Shown: positions 17,470-25,176 of the stretch, in pieces
Layout: the number at the start of each line of letters is the position of its first letter
Numbering within the stretch: position 1 is the stretch's first letter
NCBI GenBank assembly: GCA_964608905.1
Contig: CAZSQE010000001.1
Location: 1 to 30,982, forward strand
Reading direction: 5' to 3'
From: an uncultured bacterium
Lineage (GTDB): Bacteria; Eisenbacteria; RBG-16-71-46
Length of the DNA stretch: 30,982 nucleotides
Program-made: the position numbers and the translations under genes
The notes under the pieces: generated by a model
Database searches by the model: none
Seen by the model: the letters and a program-made list of their open reading frames with translations, nothing else
Told to the model about the DNA's origin: nothing

Positions 17470-18384
17470 TTACGGCTTCGTGCTTCTCAGAACGACGAGC
17501 CTCGACTGGCGGACCTCGTTGTTGTCGGCCAGGAGATAGAGCCGCCCGAACGTGTCCTCGGCTATTCCTTCCAGAACCCCGAAGAGAGATGGGGACGTAC
17601 CCGAGTCCCGGCCCTCAAGGAGCGAGTCGATGGCCGCGTAGTTGATCCACTCCCGCGGTTTCGACTCCAGTCCCGGACGGTCGAGGAAGGGCTGCACCAT
17701 TCCGATCAGGCGCCGCTGGCGGTCGATCACGCTCACCGTCTTGCCACCGGGTCGGAACGCGGCACCCGATTGCGTCTGAAACGCCGGCGTCGAAAGAAGC
17801 GTACCGGAGGAGTCCGGAACCAGTCGGTATCCGAACGCGTCGGGTTCCAGCACCAAGAGTCGCGCATAGCTTGGCGCCGGCCGTTCCTTGAACAGGTAGA
17901 GTTCGACCCGGTCCCCGGCCGCGCGCCGGAGCGCCACCCCCTCCATGCCGCTATTCTCCACCGATTCCCCCGGAGGTGAAGCGATTCCCGAACGCGACAG
18001 GCGAAGCCCCTGGCCTTCAGGAACGAGCAGGTAGAACCAGGAAACCGGCGCGTCACCGGGACCGCGCTCCCCGGAAGCCGCCAGAGGGCCCGGCGCCGTG
18101 GCCGTAGGCGGCAGCCACAAGGTGACCCTCGAGGAGTCGGCGCCCACCACCGTGATCCCCGAGTAGTCGGCTCGATCCGAACCGACCGGAAGGACGTCGT
18201 ACACGGCCAGCACTTCGTGCCGGGAGAGGATCGGAACGAGCGGAACGCCGGCGCTGTCCCGCGGGACGGCGGAAGGCAGACGCTCCGCGTCCGACCTTTC
18301 GGCTCCAGCCGAACAGGAGCCGTCTCGAGCTGCGCCCTGACAGGCGAGGATGGGGAGACCCAGAACCGCCAGGAGCACCAGCAT
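17470..18384 (-). CDS. Putative lipoprotein of the esterase-like-phytase / beta-propeller type
   Basis: LPILAC lipobox-like motif; DYSGIT, NSGMEGVAL and LEGIAED...LYLLADNN motifs. Start codon uncertain. Confidence 0.6.
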   Translation of the reverse strand: MLVLLAVLGLPILACQGAARDGSCSAGAERSDAERLPSAVPRDSAGVPLVPILSRHEVLAVYDVLPVGSDRADYSGITVVGADSSRVTLWLPPTATAPGPLAASGERGPGDAPVSWFYLLVPEGQGLRLSRSGIASPPGESVENSGMEGVALRRAAGDRVELYLFKERPAPSYARLLVLEPDAFGYRLVPDSSGTLLSTPAFQTQSGAAFRPGGKTVSVIDRQRRLIGMVQPFLDRPGLESKPREWINYAAIDSLLEGRDSGTSPSLFGVLEGIAEDTFGRLYLLADNNEVRQSRLVVLRSTKP

Positions 18385-18999
18385 GGCGAGAAGAGTGCCG
18401 GCGTGGGCGGCAGAGCACGGTAGCGGGCGAGAGCCTGGCGGATCGCGAACAGCTCGGCCTCGGCCACGGTCATGATCTCTCCCCTGAAGCGACCCGGTCT
18501 CGCAGCCGCGGGATAACGACTCGCTCCAACGGGAGACGGTAGTACAGATCCCCGCGGAAGGCCCATCACCCCTTCGCTGGCACCGGGTAGTCGAGGATGA
18601 CGGGTTCAGCCGGACGGCTCAACCCGAGCCTGGTGCGCCAGCGTCCGCACCGCGCTCTTGAAGTTCGCCTGGATCTACCTTTCTTCGTGGAGCCCTTACC
18701 CCTATTGGGAGGGGTTCCACGACGGTCACGCAGACGGGCACGATTGGCCTCGCCCGGTCAAGTTCTGGCTACGGATCGAAGGACTGCTGGGTTCCTCTCC
18801 CGGCGGACGTCTGAAGCGCTGTCGCGTGAGTTTGAGCCCACGGCCCGAGCCGCTCGCCACGTCCACGCCGATCGTGCCAGGCAATCCGGTCGCCGATTGG
18901 TCAGAGACGACTAAGTCCGGATGCGTGGTAGCCGTTTGGTAGCCACGTCCCGGTCCACTTCCCTCCCGTCCTGACCACGCGAGTCCTCCAGAGACCAAG

Positions 19000-19029
19000 C
19001 GCCCCAGGAGGCGCTAACCCCCTGGGGCG
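19000..19029. terminator. Hairpin about 60 nt downstream of tRNA-half copy 3
   Basis: cgccccagg (19000-19008) pairs with cctggggcg (19021-19029). Confidence 0.5.
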
Positions 19030-19090
19030 GCTGGAACTTCTTGGCGGCGATGGTGCTACGGCGTGAGGGCTGTGGAACCTGTGGGGGAGC

Positions 19091-19129
19091 TTAGGAAACC
19101 GCTGCTCTATCCGTCTGAGCTACGGGGCC
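19091..19129 (-). repeat. tRNA-Arg 5' half, copy 3 (39 nt, identical), with the duplicated promoter region
   Basis: Exact 39-nt match to the tRNA, followed by the shared 22-mer at 19136-19157. Confidence 0.97.
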
Positions 19130-19240
19130 ACGCGACAGCAAGATAGCGCACTTTGCTCAGCGGGAACATCAAGCAGAGCAGCGGCCTAGTGCGACCGGGA
19201 TCGTCCGCACTCAAGTCCAGGCAGGATAGACGGCCCCACC

Positions 19241-21535
19241 TCAGAGGTTCATCTTGCGCAGAAGGGCCTGGTAGCGGGCGTCGCTGCGCGCCGGCTCCAA
19301 GAACGGATAGGTCTTGATCGGCATCACTAGCGGGTCACGGGTGTCGATGGCCTTGTCGAGCCACTCAAACGCGGCATTCCAATCACCCAGGCCGATGTGG
19401 CCGAACGCGAACGTCGAGGGGGGGACGTAGGCGGACCTGGCAGCTTCGGCCGCACGCTCCAGCAGCGCGCGCGCGTCGTCGGCACGGCCGGCCCGCCCGT
19501 AGGCAAAGGCCAGGAATCCGAGCGTGAATGGCGAGCCCCTCGACAACTCGTGCGCCCTCTCCAGCGCCGCGACCGCCTCCGTTCGCGCGCCAATCGTGTC
19601 CCGATGCATGCCGAGCGTCCAGTAGCCCAGAAAGTGGTCGGGATCAAGAGCAATCATGTGCTGCGCCTCGTCGTTCACAGAATCCAGGCGGCCGGCCAGC
19701 AGGGCCATTATGGAGAGCCACCAGCGGGTATGGACCGACAGCGGATCGATGCGCACGATGCCCTCGATCTCGGCCATCGCCTCGGCGGCTCGGCCGTGGG
19801 GCAAGAGGCCGCTGATCGCGTGGCGCAACTTCACGAGCGGCGACTCGGGGTTCAGCTCCAGGGCGCGACGGAGCTCGCGGTCGACCTCGGGCCAGTTGTA
19901 GTCAAGCTCCTTGCGAAGCATGCCGAGGAGCGCGTGCGTCTCGGCCAGCGTGTCATCCAGCTCCAGCGCGCGCAGAGCATGCCAGATGCTGGTGGAAAAG
20001 GCGTCGCGCGGGGGCACGTTGCCGAAGAAGCCCAGGAACCAGTACAGCTCTGCCATCGAGTCGTGCGCAACCGCGAAAGATGGATCCCGTTGGAGGGCAC
20101 GCTCGTAGCACGCCATCGCCTTCGCCAGGGCCTCGGGTGTCCCCCTTGCGAAGTGGTGGCGGCCTTCAAGGAATGCAGTGTAGGCCTCGGAATCGACGGC
20201 CGGCCGCCTTCGCGCGCCGCCGTCCCGGGCCAATTCACCCCGGAGCCGCTCGGCGACCGCTGCCGCGACGTCGTCCTCGAGGACTAGCAGGTCGGTCACC
20301 TCGCGATCGTAGCGCTCGCTCCACAGATGAGACCCGTCCCGCGTTGAGACGAGCTGCGCCGTCACGCGCACATGGGAGTGAGCCCGGCGCACGCTTCCCT
20401 CGAGGATGCTCTCGACGCCGAGCCGTGCTCCGGCCTCGCGCACGTCGAGGCCGAGGCGCCCGACCGCGAAGGAGGAGGTACGGGCGATCACGCGCAGCCC
20501 GCGAATCTGCACGAGCGCGTTGATGATCTCCTCGGCCAGACCCTCGCAGAGGTAATCATCTTCACGTGCGCCGCCAATGTTCGCGAAGGGCAGCACCGCA
20601 ATCGTCCTATCCTCTGACCGGGCGACTCCCGAGCGGAGGGCTTCCTGGCTGCGCATGGCCGCGCGTGTTGGAGCGGTCGAGCTGGCTGACGCTGTGTTGC
20701 GCTCGGACGCCCGCAGCCCGTCTGCGAACTGCGCCAACGATGCAGCACGATCCGCCGGGATCTTGGCCAGCGCCTGCTGCAGCGCCTCGGCCACCGTCGC
20801 CGGCACCACCGGCCGCAACTCCGTCACCGGCCGCGGTGTCACGTTCAGATGCTGGTGCAGCAGGCTCGCCGCTGTCGGTCCCGCGAACGGAGGAGCCCCC
20901 GCTAGCATCTCGTAGAGAACGCAGCCCAGGCTGTAGAGGTCCGAGCGGCCGTCGAGATCCTGACTCCCCGCCGCCTGCTCAGGGCTCATGTAGGCCGGTG
21001 TGCCCACCACGATGCCAGCCGCCGTCAGATTCTCCCCTCCCGCGGCGGCCACCACACGCGCGATTCCGAAATCGGCCACCACCGCGTGGCGGCCCTCGAG
21101 CAGGATGTTCTCGGGCTTGATGTCGCGATGGACCACATCATGGCTGTGCGCGTAACTCAGCGCGTCAGCCACCTCGCGGGCGATCTGGAGCGCGTCCTCC
21201 AGCGGGAGCTGCTTCTCCCGGGCCAGCCTGCAGCGCAGCGAGTCGCCTTCCACGTAAGGCATGACGTAGAAGAGCAGCCCGTCGGCAGCCCCGGAGTCGT
21301 GGAGCGGCAGGATGTGTGGGTGGGTGAGCCGCGCGACGGTTTCAATCTCGCGCAGAAAACGCTCGGGGCCGACTGCAGCCGCAACGTCAGGGTCGAGCAC
21401 CTTGATGGCCACGCGGCGGTGGTGCTTGAGGTCCTCGGCGAGGAACACCGTGGCCATGCCACCCTGGCCGAGCGCGCGCTCGATCCGGTAGCGGTCGGAG
21501 AGGGCATCCTGCAGGCGCTGCGACGGGTCGGGCAA
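19241..21535 (-). CDS. Hanks-type Ser/Thr protein kinase with a TolB-like (IAVLPF) domain and TPRs
   Basis: LGQGGMATV, VAIK, HRDIKPEN, DFG and GTPAYMSPEQ, then IAVLPFANIG...YLCEGLAEEIINAL and TPRs. TTG start follows GGAGG. Confidence 0.93.
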   Translation of the reverse strand: MPDPSQRLQDALSDRYRIERALGQGGMATVFLAEDLKHHRRVAIKVLDPDVAAAVGPERFLREIETVARLTHPHILPLHDSGAADGLLFYVMPYVEGDSLRCRLAREKQLPLEDALQIAREVADALSYAHSHDVVHRDIKPENILLEGRHAVVADFGIARVVAAAGGENLTAAGIVVGTPAYMSPEQAAGSQDLDGRSDLYSLGCVLYEMLAGAPPFAGPTAASLLHQHLNVTPRPVTELRPVVPATVAEALQQALAKIPADRAASLAQFADGLRASERNTASASSTAPTRAAMRSQEALRSGVARSEDRTIAVLPFANIGGAREDDYLCEGLAEEIINALVQIRGLRVIARTSSFAVGRLGLDVREAGARLGVESILEGSVRRAHSHVRVTAQLVSTRDGSHLWSERYDREVTDLLVLEDDVAAAVAERLRGELARDGGARRRPAVDSEAYTAFLEGRHHFARGTPEALAKAMACYERALQRDPSFAVAHDSMAELYWFLGFFGNVPPRDAFSTSIWHALRALELDDTLAETHALLGMLRKELDYNWPEVDRELRRALELNPESPLVKLRHAISGLLPHGRAAEAMAEIEGIVRIDPLSVHTRWWLSIMALLAGRLDSVNDEAQHMIALDPDHFLGYWTLGMHRDTIGARTEAVAALERAHELSRGSPFTLGFLAFAYGRAGRADDARALLERAAEAARSAYVPPSTFAFGHIGLGDWNAAFEWLDKAIDTRDPLVMPIKTYPFLEPARSDARYQALLRKMNL

Positions 21536-21565
21536 GGGGCAGCCTCCGGACCACTGTGCCCGGGC

Positions 21566-21577
21566 AATCTAGCACAG
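21566..21577 (-). promoter_or_regulatory. Extended -10 promoter element of the kinase gene
   Basis: CTGTGCTAGATT about 30 nt upstream of the start; identical to 10026-10037. Confidence 0.55.
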
Positions 21578-21597
21578 GTTCTGACCGGCGCCACCGC

Positions 21598-21624
21598 CCC
21601 AGATGGCGTGGCCCAGATGGCGTG
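21598..21624. repeat. 13-bp direct repeat pair at a cassette end
   Basis: cccagatggcgtg occurs at 21598-21610 and 21612-21624, 37 nt from tRNA-half copy 4. Confidence 0.75.
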
Positions 21625-21661
21625 CAGTTGGCCCGCCCAGGGTGCTACCGCCGGCCAGACC

Positions 21662-21698
21662 AGGAAACCGCTGCTCTATCCGTCTGAGCTACGGGGCC
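21662..21698 (-). repeat. tRNA-Arg 5' half, copy 4 (37 nt, ending at T36, identical)
   Basis: aggaaaccgctgctctatccgtctgagctacggggcc. A TG-TAAGAT-like -10 lies upstream on the minus strand near 21717-21724. Confidence 0.96.
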
Positions 21699-22063
21699 AC
21701 TGATTGAGCTGCGGCATCTTACAGCAAACAGGCCGAAGGGCTCACGCGCTCCTGGGTGACGGTTGGGTGATCCGCGGTACCTGCACTCGCCGCCGCAGGA
21801 GCCAGTGCACGGTCACCGGGTCGAAGCCGACGACCCCGTCGCCCGACTGGCCCGTGGCGAGGCTCGATGTCACTTCGCCGGCGGGCCAACCGCCGCCCCC
21901 CCTTGCTCCTTCCCCCCCGGTTGGCGTAAGAACTGCCTCGGGACGGGCAGGATGCTCGGACTCTGCGATCCTTCCGCGGCCCGTGGCCCGCGCAGTACCT
22001 CCGCGCGGACGTTTCACGTCGTTCAGGCACTCGCGTCACCCGGCGCGAGAAGAGGAGGTCCCG

Positions 22064-23158
22064 GTGTTCAAGAAGGCCGTGTTCCCGGGCAAGTACATTC
22101 AGGGCGTCGGCGCCATCGGCGAATTGCCCTCGCTGATCCGGCGGTTCGGTGGGCAAGGGCTGGTCCTGGCCTCGCCGTCCGTGAAGTCCGGGATCCTGCC
22201 CGGATGCGGTCTCGCGCTGGGCGAGGAGACCATCGGGGTCGAGGAATTCAACGGCGAGTGCTGCGAGGAGGAGATGGCGCGGCTGGCGGGCATCATCCGG
22301 CAGAGGAACGTGCGTGTGCTGGTCGGCATGGGCGGCGGCAAGACCATCGACACGGCGAAGATCGCCGCCGACCGGGCCGGCATCACGGTGATCGTCGTTC
22401 CCACCATCGCCTCGACGGATGCGCCGTGCAGCGGGTGCGCCGTGATCTACTCCCGGGAGGGCGTCTTCCAGTCGGTGTGCTACCAGAGGATGAACCCGGC
22501 TGCGGTGCTCGTAGATCTAGAGATCATCGCGGCGGCGCCGACGCGCTTCCTGGTGGCCGGGATGGGCGACGCGCTATCCACCTGGTTCGAGGCCCGCTCC
22601 TGCGACCGCACCCGGTCGCCGAACGAGTGCGGCGGGACCTCGACCGTCGCCGGGCTCCAGATCGCCCGGCTCTGCTACGAGACGCTCCTGGCCGACGGAG
22701 TCGCCGCGAAGGCCGCCAGCGAGGCGCGTGTAGTCACCCCGGCGTTGGACCGCATCGTCGAGGCGAACACGCTCCTGAGCGGCCTGGGGTTCGAGAGCGC
22801 CGGGCTGGCCTCCGCCCACGCCATCCACAACGGGCTCACCGCCCTGCCGGAGACCCACGCCTTCTACCACGGCGAGAAGGTGGCCTTCGGTGTGTTGGCC
22901 GGGCTTCAGCTCACCGACTCGAGCCCGGACGAGTCGGCTGCGGTCTTCTCGTTCTGCGAGGACATCGGCCTCCCGACGAGGCTCATGGACATCGGCCTCG
23001 GCGACGCCAGCCGGGAGCACCTCCTGAAGGCGGCAGAGGCATCCTGTGCCCCCGGTCAACCGATTCATCACGAGCCGGGCGTGATCACTCCCGAAAGGGT
23101 CCTCCACGCCATGCTCGCGGCGGACGCAATGGGCAGGGCCAGACGCACGGGTGCGTGA
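22064..23158 (+). CDS. gldA: Glycerol dehydrogenase
   Basis: GTG at 22064 follows AGGAGG. Motifs PGKYIQG, GGGKTIDTAK, PTIASTDAPCS, GMGDALSTWFE, LSGLGFESAGLASAHAIHNGLT and HGEKVAFG. Confidence 0.92.
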   Translation: MFKKAVFPGKYIQGVGAIGELPSLIRRFGGQGLVLASPSVKSGILPGCGLALGEETIGVEEFNGECCEEEMARLAGIIRQRNVRVLVGMGGGKTIDTAKIAADRAGITVIVVPTIASTDAPCSGCAVIYSREGVFQSVCYQRMNPAAVLVDLEIIAAAPTRFLVAGMGDALSTWFEARSCDRTRSPNECGGTSTVAGLQIARLCYETLLADGVAAKAASEARVVTPALDRIVEANTLLSGLGFESAGLASAHAIHNGLTALPETHAFYHGEKVAFGVLAGLQLTDSSPDESAAVFSFCEDIGLPTRLMDIGLGDASREHLLKAAEASCAPGQPIHHEPGVITPERVLHAMLAADAMGRARRTGA

Positions 23159-23535
23159 TCTGCACGACGCCCACGGGCCATGCGTACCGGGGCGTTGCGC
23201 AGGCTCCCTGCCCGGGGGCTGCCACAGAGCCGAATCCGCGGGCAGCTAGCTAGCCCTGCGGGACGGAAGAACTACCGCGCAACCGCGAGCGCAGACCCAG
23301 GTGGCGGAGGTTCCCCGCACCGCACGTCTCCTCCAACGGAATCGAGGATATCCCGCGAGCCCGTCGACTCCGCTTGGCTTTCCTCGTCGTCGATTGGCCG
23401 CCGAGTCAGGGTCCTCTCCCATCCCTTCCTGTCCATTCCTGACCACAAGACGAAGCCCCACTCGCGGCACCAACCGCAAGCGGGGCATTGCGTGACATGG
23501 ACTTTGGTGGACAGGCTCATCTTGCCCGTGACGTC

Positions 23536-23574
23536 TTAGGAAGCCGCTGCTCCATCCGTCCGAGCTGCGGGGCC
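23536..23574 (-). repeat. tRNA-Arg 5' half, copy 5 (39 nt, four mismatches)
   Basis: ttaggaagccgctgctccatccgtccgagctgcggggcc. In tRNA sense the changes are T8C, A14G, A21G and T31C. Confidence 0.92.
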
Positions 23575-23763
23575 ACGGGCAGGGGACCATGGCCTCTCAT
23601 TTCGACTTCCGCAAGCCACCTCCGCTGTACGTCCGGCGATCACCACCACTGCGTCGCGCGAGCGGAGTCTGCGCACCACGGCGCGGCCGATCCCGTCTGC
23701 GGCACCAATGATGAGGAACGCGCCTGCCGCAGCGAGGCTCAGGGTGTTCGTGTCGGAAGTCAT
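23536..23763 (-). pseudogene. Truncated short-chain dehydrogenase (N-terminal Rossmann segment only)
   Basis: LIIGAADGIGRAVVRRL...VVIAGR. The ATG overlaps the PP2C stop (ATGA). Similarity fades after about 48 codons and the frame ends at the TAA inside tRNA-half copy 5. Confidence 0.65.
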
Positions 23764-24974
23764 GGGATGTTCACGGCTGAAGGGTCAAGGGTCGTACGCT
23801 CGATCGCCAGCAGCGACACATCGTCCTTGGGCGAACCTCGGCACCAGTCCGTCACGGCGGATGCGATGTGGTCAATCCCCGCGCGCAGCGGGAGATCGCG
23901 AACCTGCCCGATCTCGGAGATCAGGCGTTCCAGGCCGAACTCGTTCCCGGCTGCGTCGCGGGCTTCGACGACGCCGTCCGTGTAGAAGTAGAGGCGGTCG
24001 CCAGCTTCCATGGTCAGGCGCTCGGACTCGTACCGGGTGTCTTCGAGCATGCCGACCGGTCGCCCTCCGCCTGCGACCGGTGCCGGCGGACCTCCTCGCG
24101 GCATGAGCACGGGCGGGGGATGACCCGCGACGACGTACTCGATCACGCCGGTTCCGGGGGCGGCGATTCCGTAGATCAGCGTGAAGTACTGCTGGGTGCG
24201 ATCCATCGGAAACTGGCGGTTCAGGCGTTCCGCGATGCGGGTGGGCGGCACGCTGACCGCCGTTTCGCCCAGATTCTCGGTGACGAGCGCCCCTTCTCCG
24301 GGCGTCAGCAGGTGCGCCAGCGTGAAGGACAGCAGGGATGCCGCGACGCCATGGCCGCTGACGTCCAGGATGTAGATCCCGATCCCACCATCCGGCAAAG
24401 GCACGATGCCGACCGCGTCACCGGCGAGGTCATCGCAGGGATGGAAGGCATGAGCGAGAAGGAAGGTGCCGGCACGCACCTCCGGCGGAGGCAGCAACGA
24501 CCTCTGGACGCGGGCAGCCAGCCTCAGATCTTCCTCGAGCGCCTGCTTCGAGCGCCGCAGTGCTTCTTCGGTCTGGCGGCGTGCCGTCACGTCCGACTGA
24601 ACGCCGATGAAGTGCGTCAGGCGGCCGGCCGTGTCGCGTACCGGCGTGATCGACAGCCGGTTCCAGAACGGCACGCCATCCCTGCGGTAGTTCAGGATCT
24701 CGACAACACACTCGCGGCCGGCGTTCAATGCGGCTCGGATCTCGTCCGCCGCGGCGGGATCCGTGTCCTTCCCCTGGAGGAATCGACAGTTGAGGCCGAT
24801 CGCCGCGGAGGCGGTGTAGCCCGTCATCCGCTCGAAGCCGCGATTCACGTAGATCAGGGGCCGACCCGGCTTCTGCGCATCGGCGATGGTGATGCCCTCG
24901 GCCGCGACATCCAGGGCGCGGTCCTTGAGTGTCAGCCAGTCGGAGAGCTTGCCGTCGGGTGGGAGTGCCGTCAC
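23760..24974 (-). CDS. LOV-domain SpoIIE/RsbU-type (PP2C) phosphatase
   Basis: GLNCRFLQG, NYRRDG.PFWN and FIGVQ (LOV). ARVQRSLLP, GDAV, DVSGHGV, FYTDGVVE and DDVSLL (SpoIIE). GTG start follows GAGGA. Confidence 0.92.
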   Translation of the reverse strand: MTALPPDGKLSDWLTLKDRALDVAAEGITIADAQKPGRPLIYVNRGFERMTGYTASAAIGLNCRFLQGKDTDPAAADEIRAALNAGRECVVEILNYRRDGVPFWNRLSITPVRDTAGRLTHFIGVQSDVTARRQTEEALRRSKQALEEDLRLAARVQRSLLPPPEVRAGTFLLAHAFHPCDDLAGDAVGIVPLPDGGIGIYILDVSGHGVAASLLSFTLAHLLTPGEGALVTENLGETAVSVPPTRIAERLNRQFPMDRTQQYFTLIYGIAAPGTGVIEYVVAGHPPPVLMPRGGPPAPVAGGGRPVGMLEDTRYESERLTMEAGDRLYFYTDGVVEARDAAGNEFGLERLISEIGQVRDLPLRAGIDHIASAVTDWCRGSPKDDVSLLAIERTTLDPSAVNIP

Positions 24975-25176
24975 GTGTTCCTCGTCGCTGAGTCAGGGTC
25001 GTGTTCTCCGGGCGGGCGTTCCGTTCGCCGCCGAAGACGGCTCTGGAAGAGGCTGAGCAAAGGTACTCCATTCCTTACGCGGAGGACATGGGTCTCCTCT
25101 CGCGTCGCGCGTACCCCGCCCTTGCCGTACCGGCGACTCGCCGCGGCCGGCCTCTCCCCCGCGGGCCCAGCGCTCC

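Larger units (their letters stand above)
13265..23574 (-). mobile_element. Tandem array of four cassettes or islets delimited by direct repeats of the tRNA-Arg 5' half; no integrase seen
   Basis: Repeats at 15430, 19091, 21662 and 23536. Cassettes span 13304-15429, 15469-19090, 19130-21661 and 21699-23535. Cargo includes TA and defence-type genes, and 13.3-19 kb looks less GC-rich by eye (not computed). Confidence 0.75.

Noticed and set aside
18601-18942. Trp/Tyr-rich ORF (KFAWIYLSSWSPYPYWEGFHDG...)
   Set aside because: No convincing start or RBS and no recognisable family. It could be a gene remnant but is not supportable from the sequence alone.
15372-19087. DnaA-box-like words (ctgtccaca at 15372; ctgtggaac and ctgtggggg near 19070-19087) beside copies 2 and 3
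   Set aside because: They are poor matches to TTATCCACA, too few, and lie in opposite orientations, so chance is likely.
23272-23520. 82-aa ORF with a CPAC motif just downstream of tRNA-half copy 5
   Set aside because: It has a single CxxC, no SD and a low-complexity tail; insufficient evidence.
13265-23574. The 37-39 bp repeats as a CRISPR array
   Set aside because: The repeats are tRNA fragments, the spacers are 1.8-3.6 kb and carry genes, and no cas genes are present.
15430-23574. The tRNA halves as trans-spliced split tRNA genes
   Set aside because: No separate 3' half is present, an intact gene is adjacent, and split tRNAs are known from archaea using an endonuclease system not expected here.
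13304-23760. Integrase, transposase or relaxase within or beside the array
   Set aside because: No ORF shows tyrosine-recombinase (R...HxxR...Y), serine-recombinase or DDE motifs. A short decayed remnant in 13383-13840, 18390-19000 or 23160-23535 cannot be excluded without a tblastn search.
25051-25061. 11-mer ctttgctcagc (minus strand) matching the promoter region of copy 3
   Set aside because: It is in the opposite orientation, has no adjacent tRNA sequence, and is short enough to be chance.
25075-25089. Four-codon uORF (MSSA*) with a strong SD upstream of the LOV gene
   Set aside because: Too short to assess; it could be a decayed gene start or chance.
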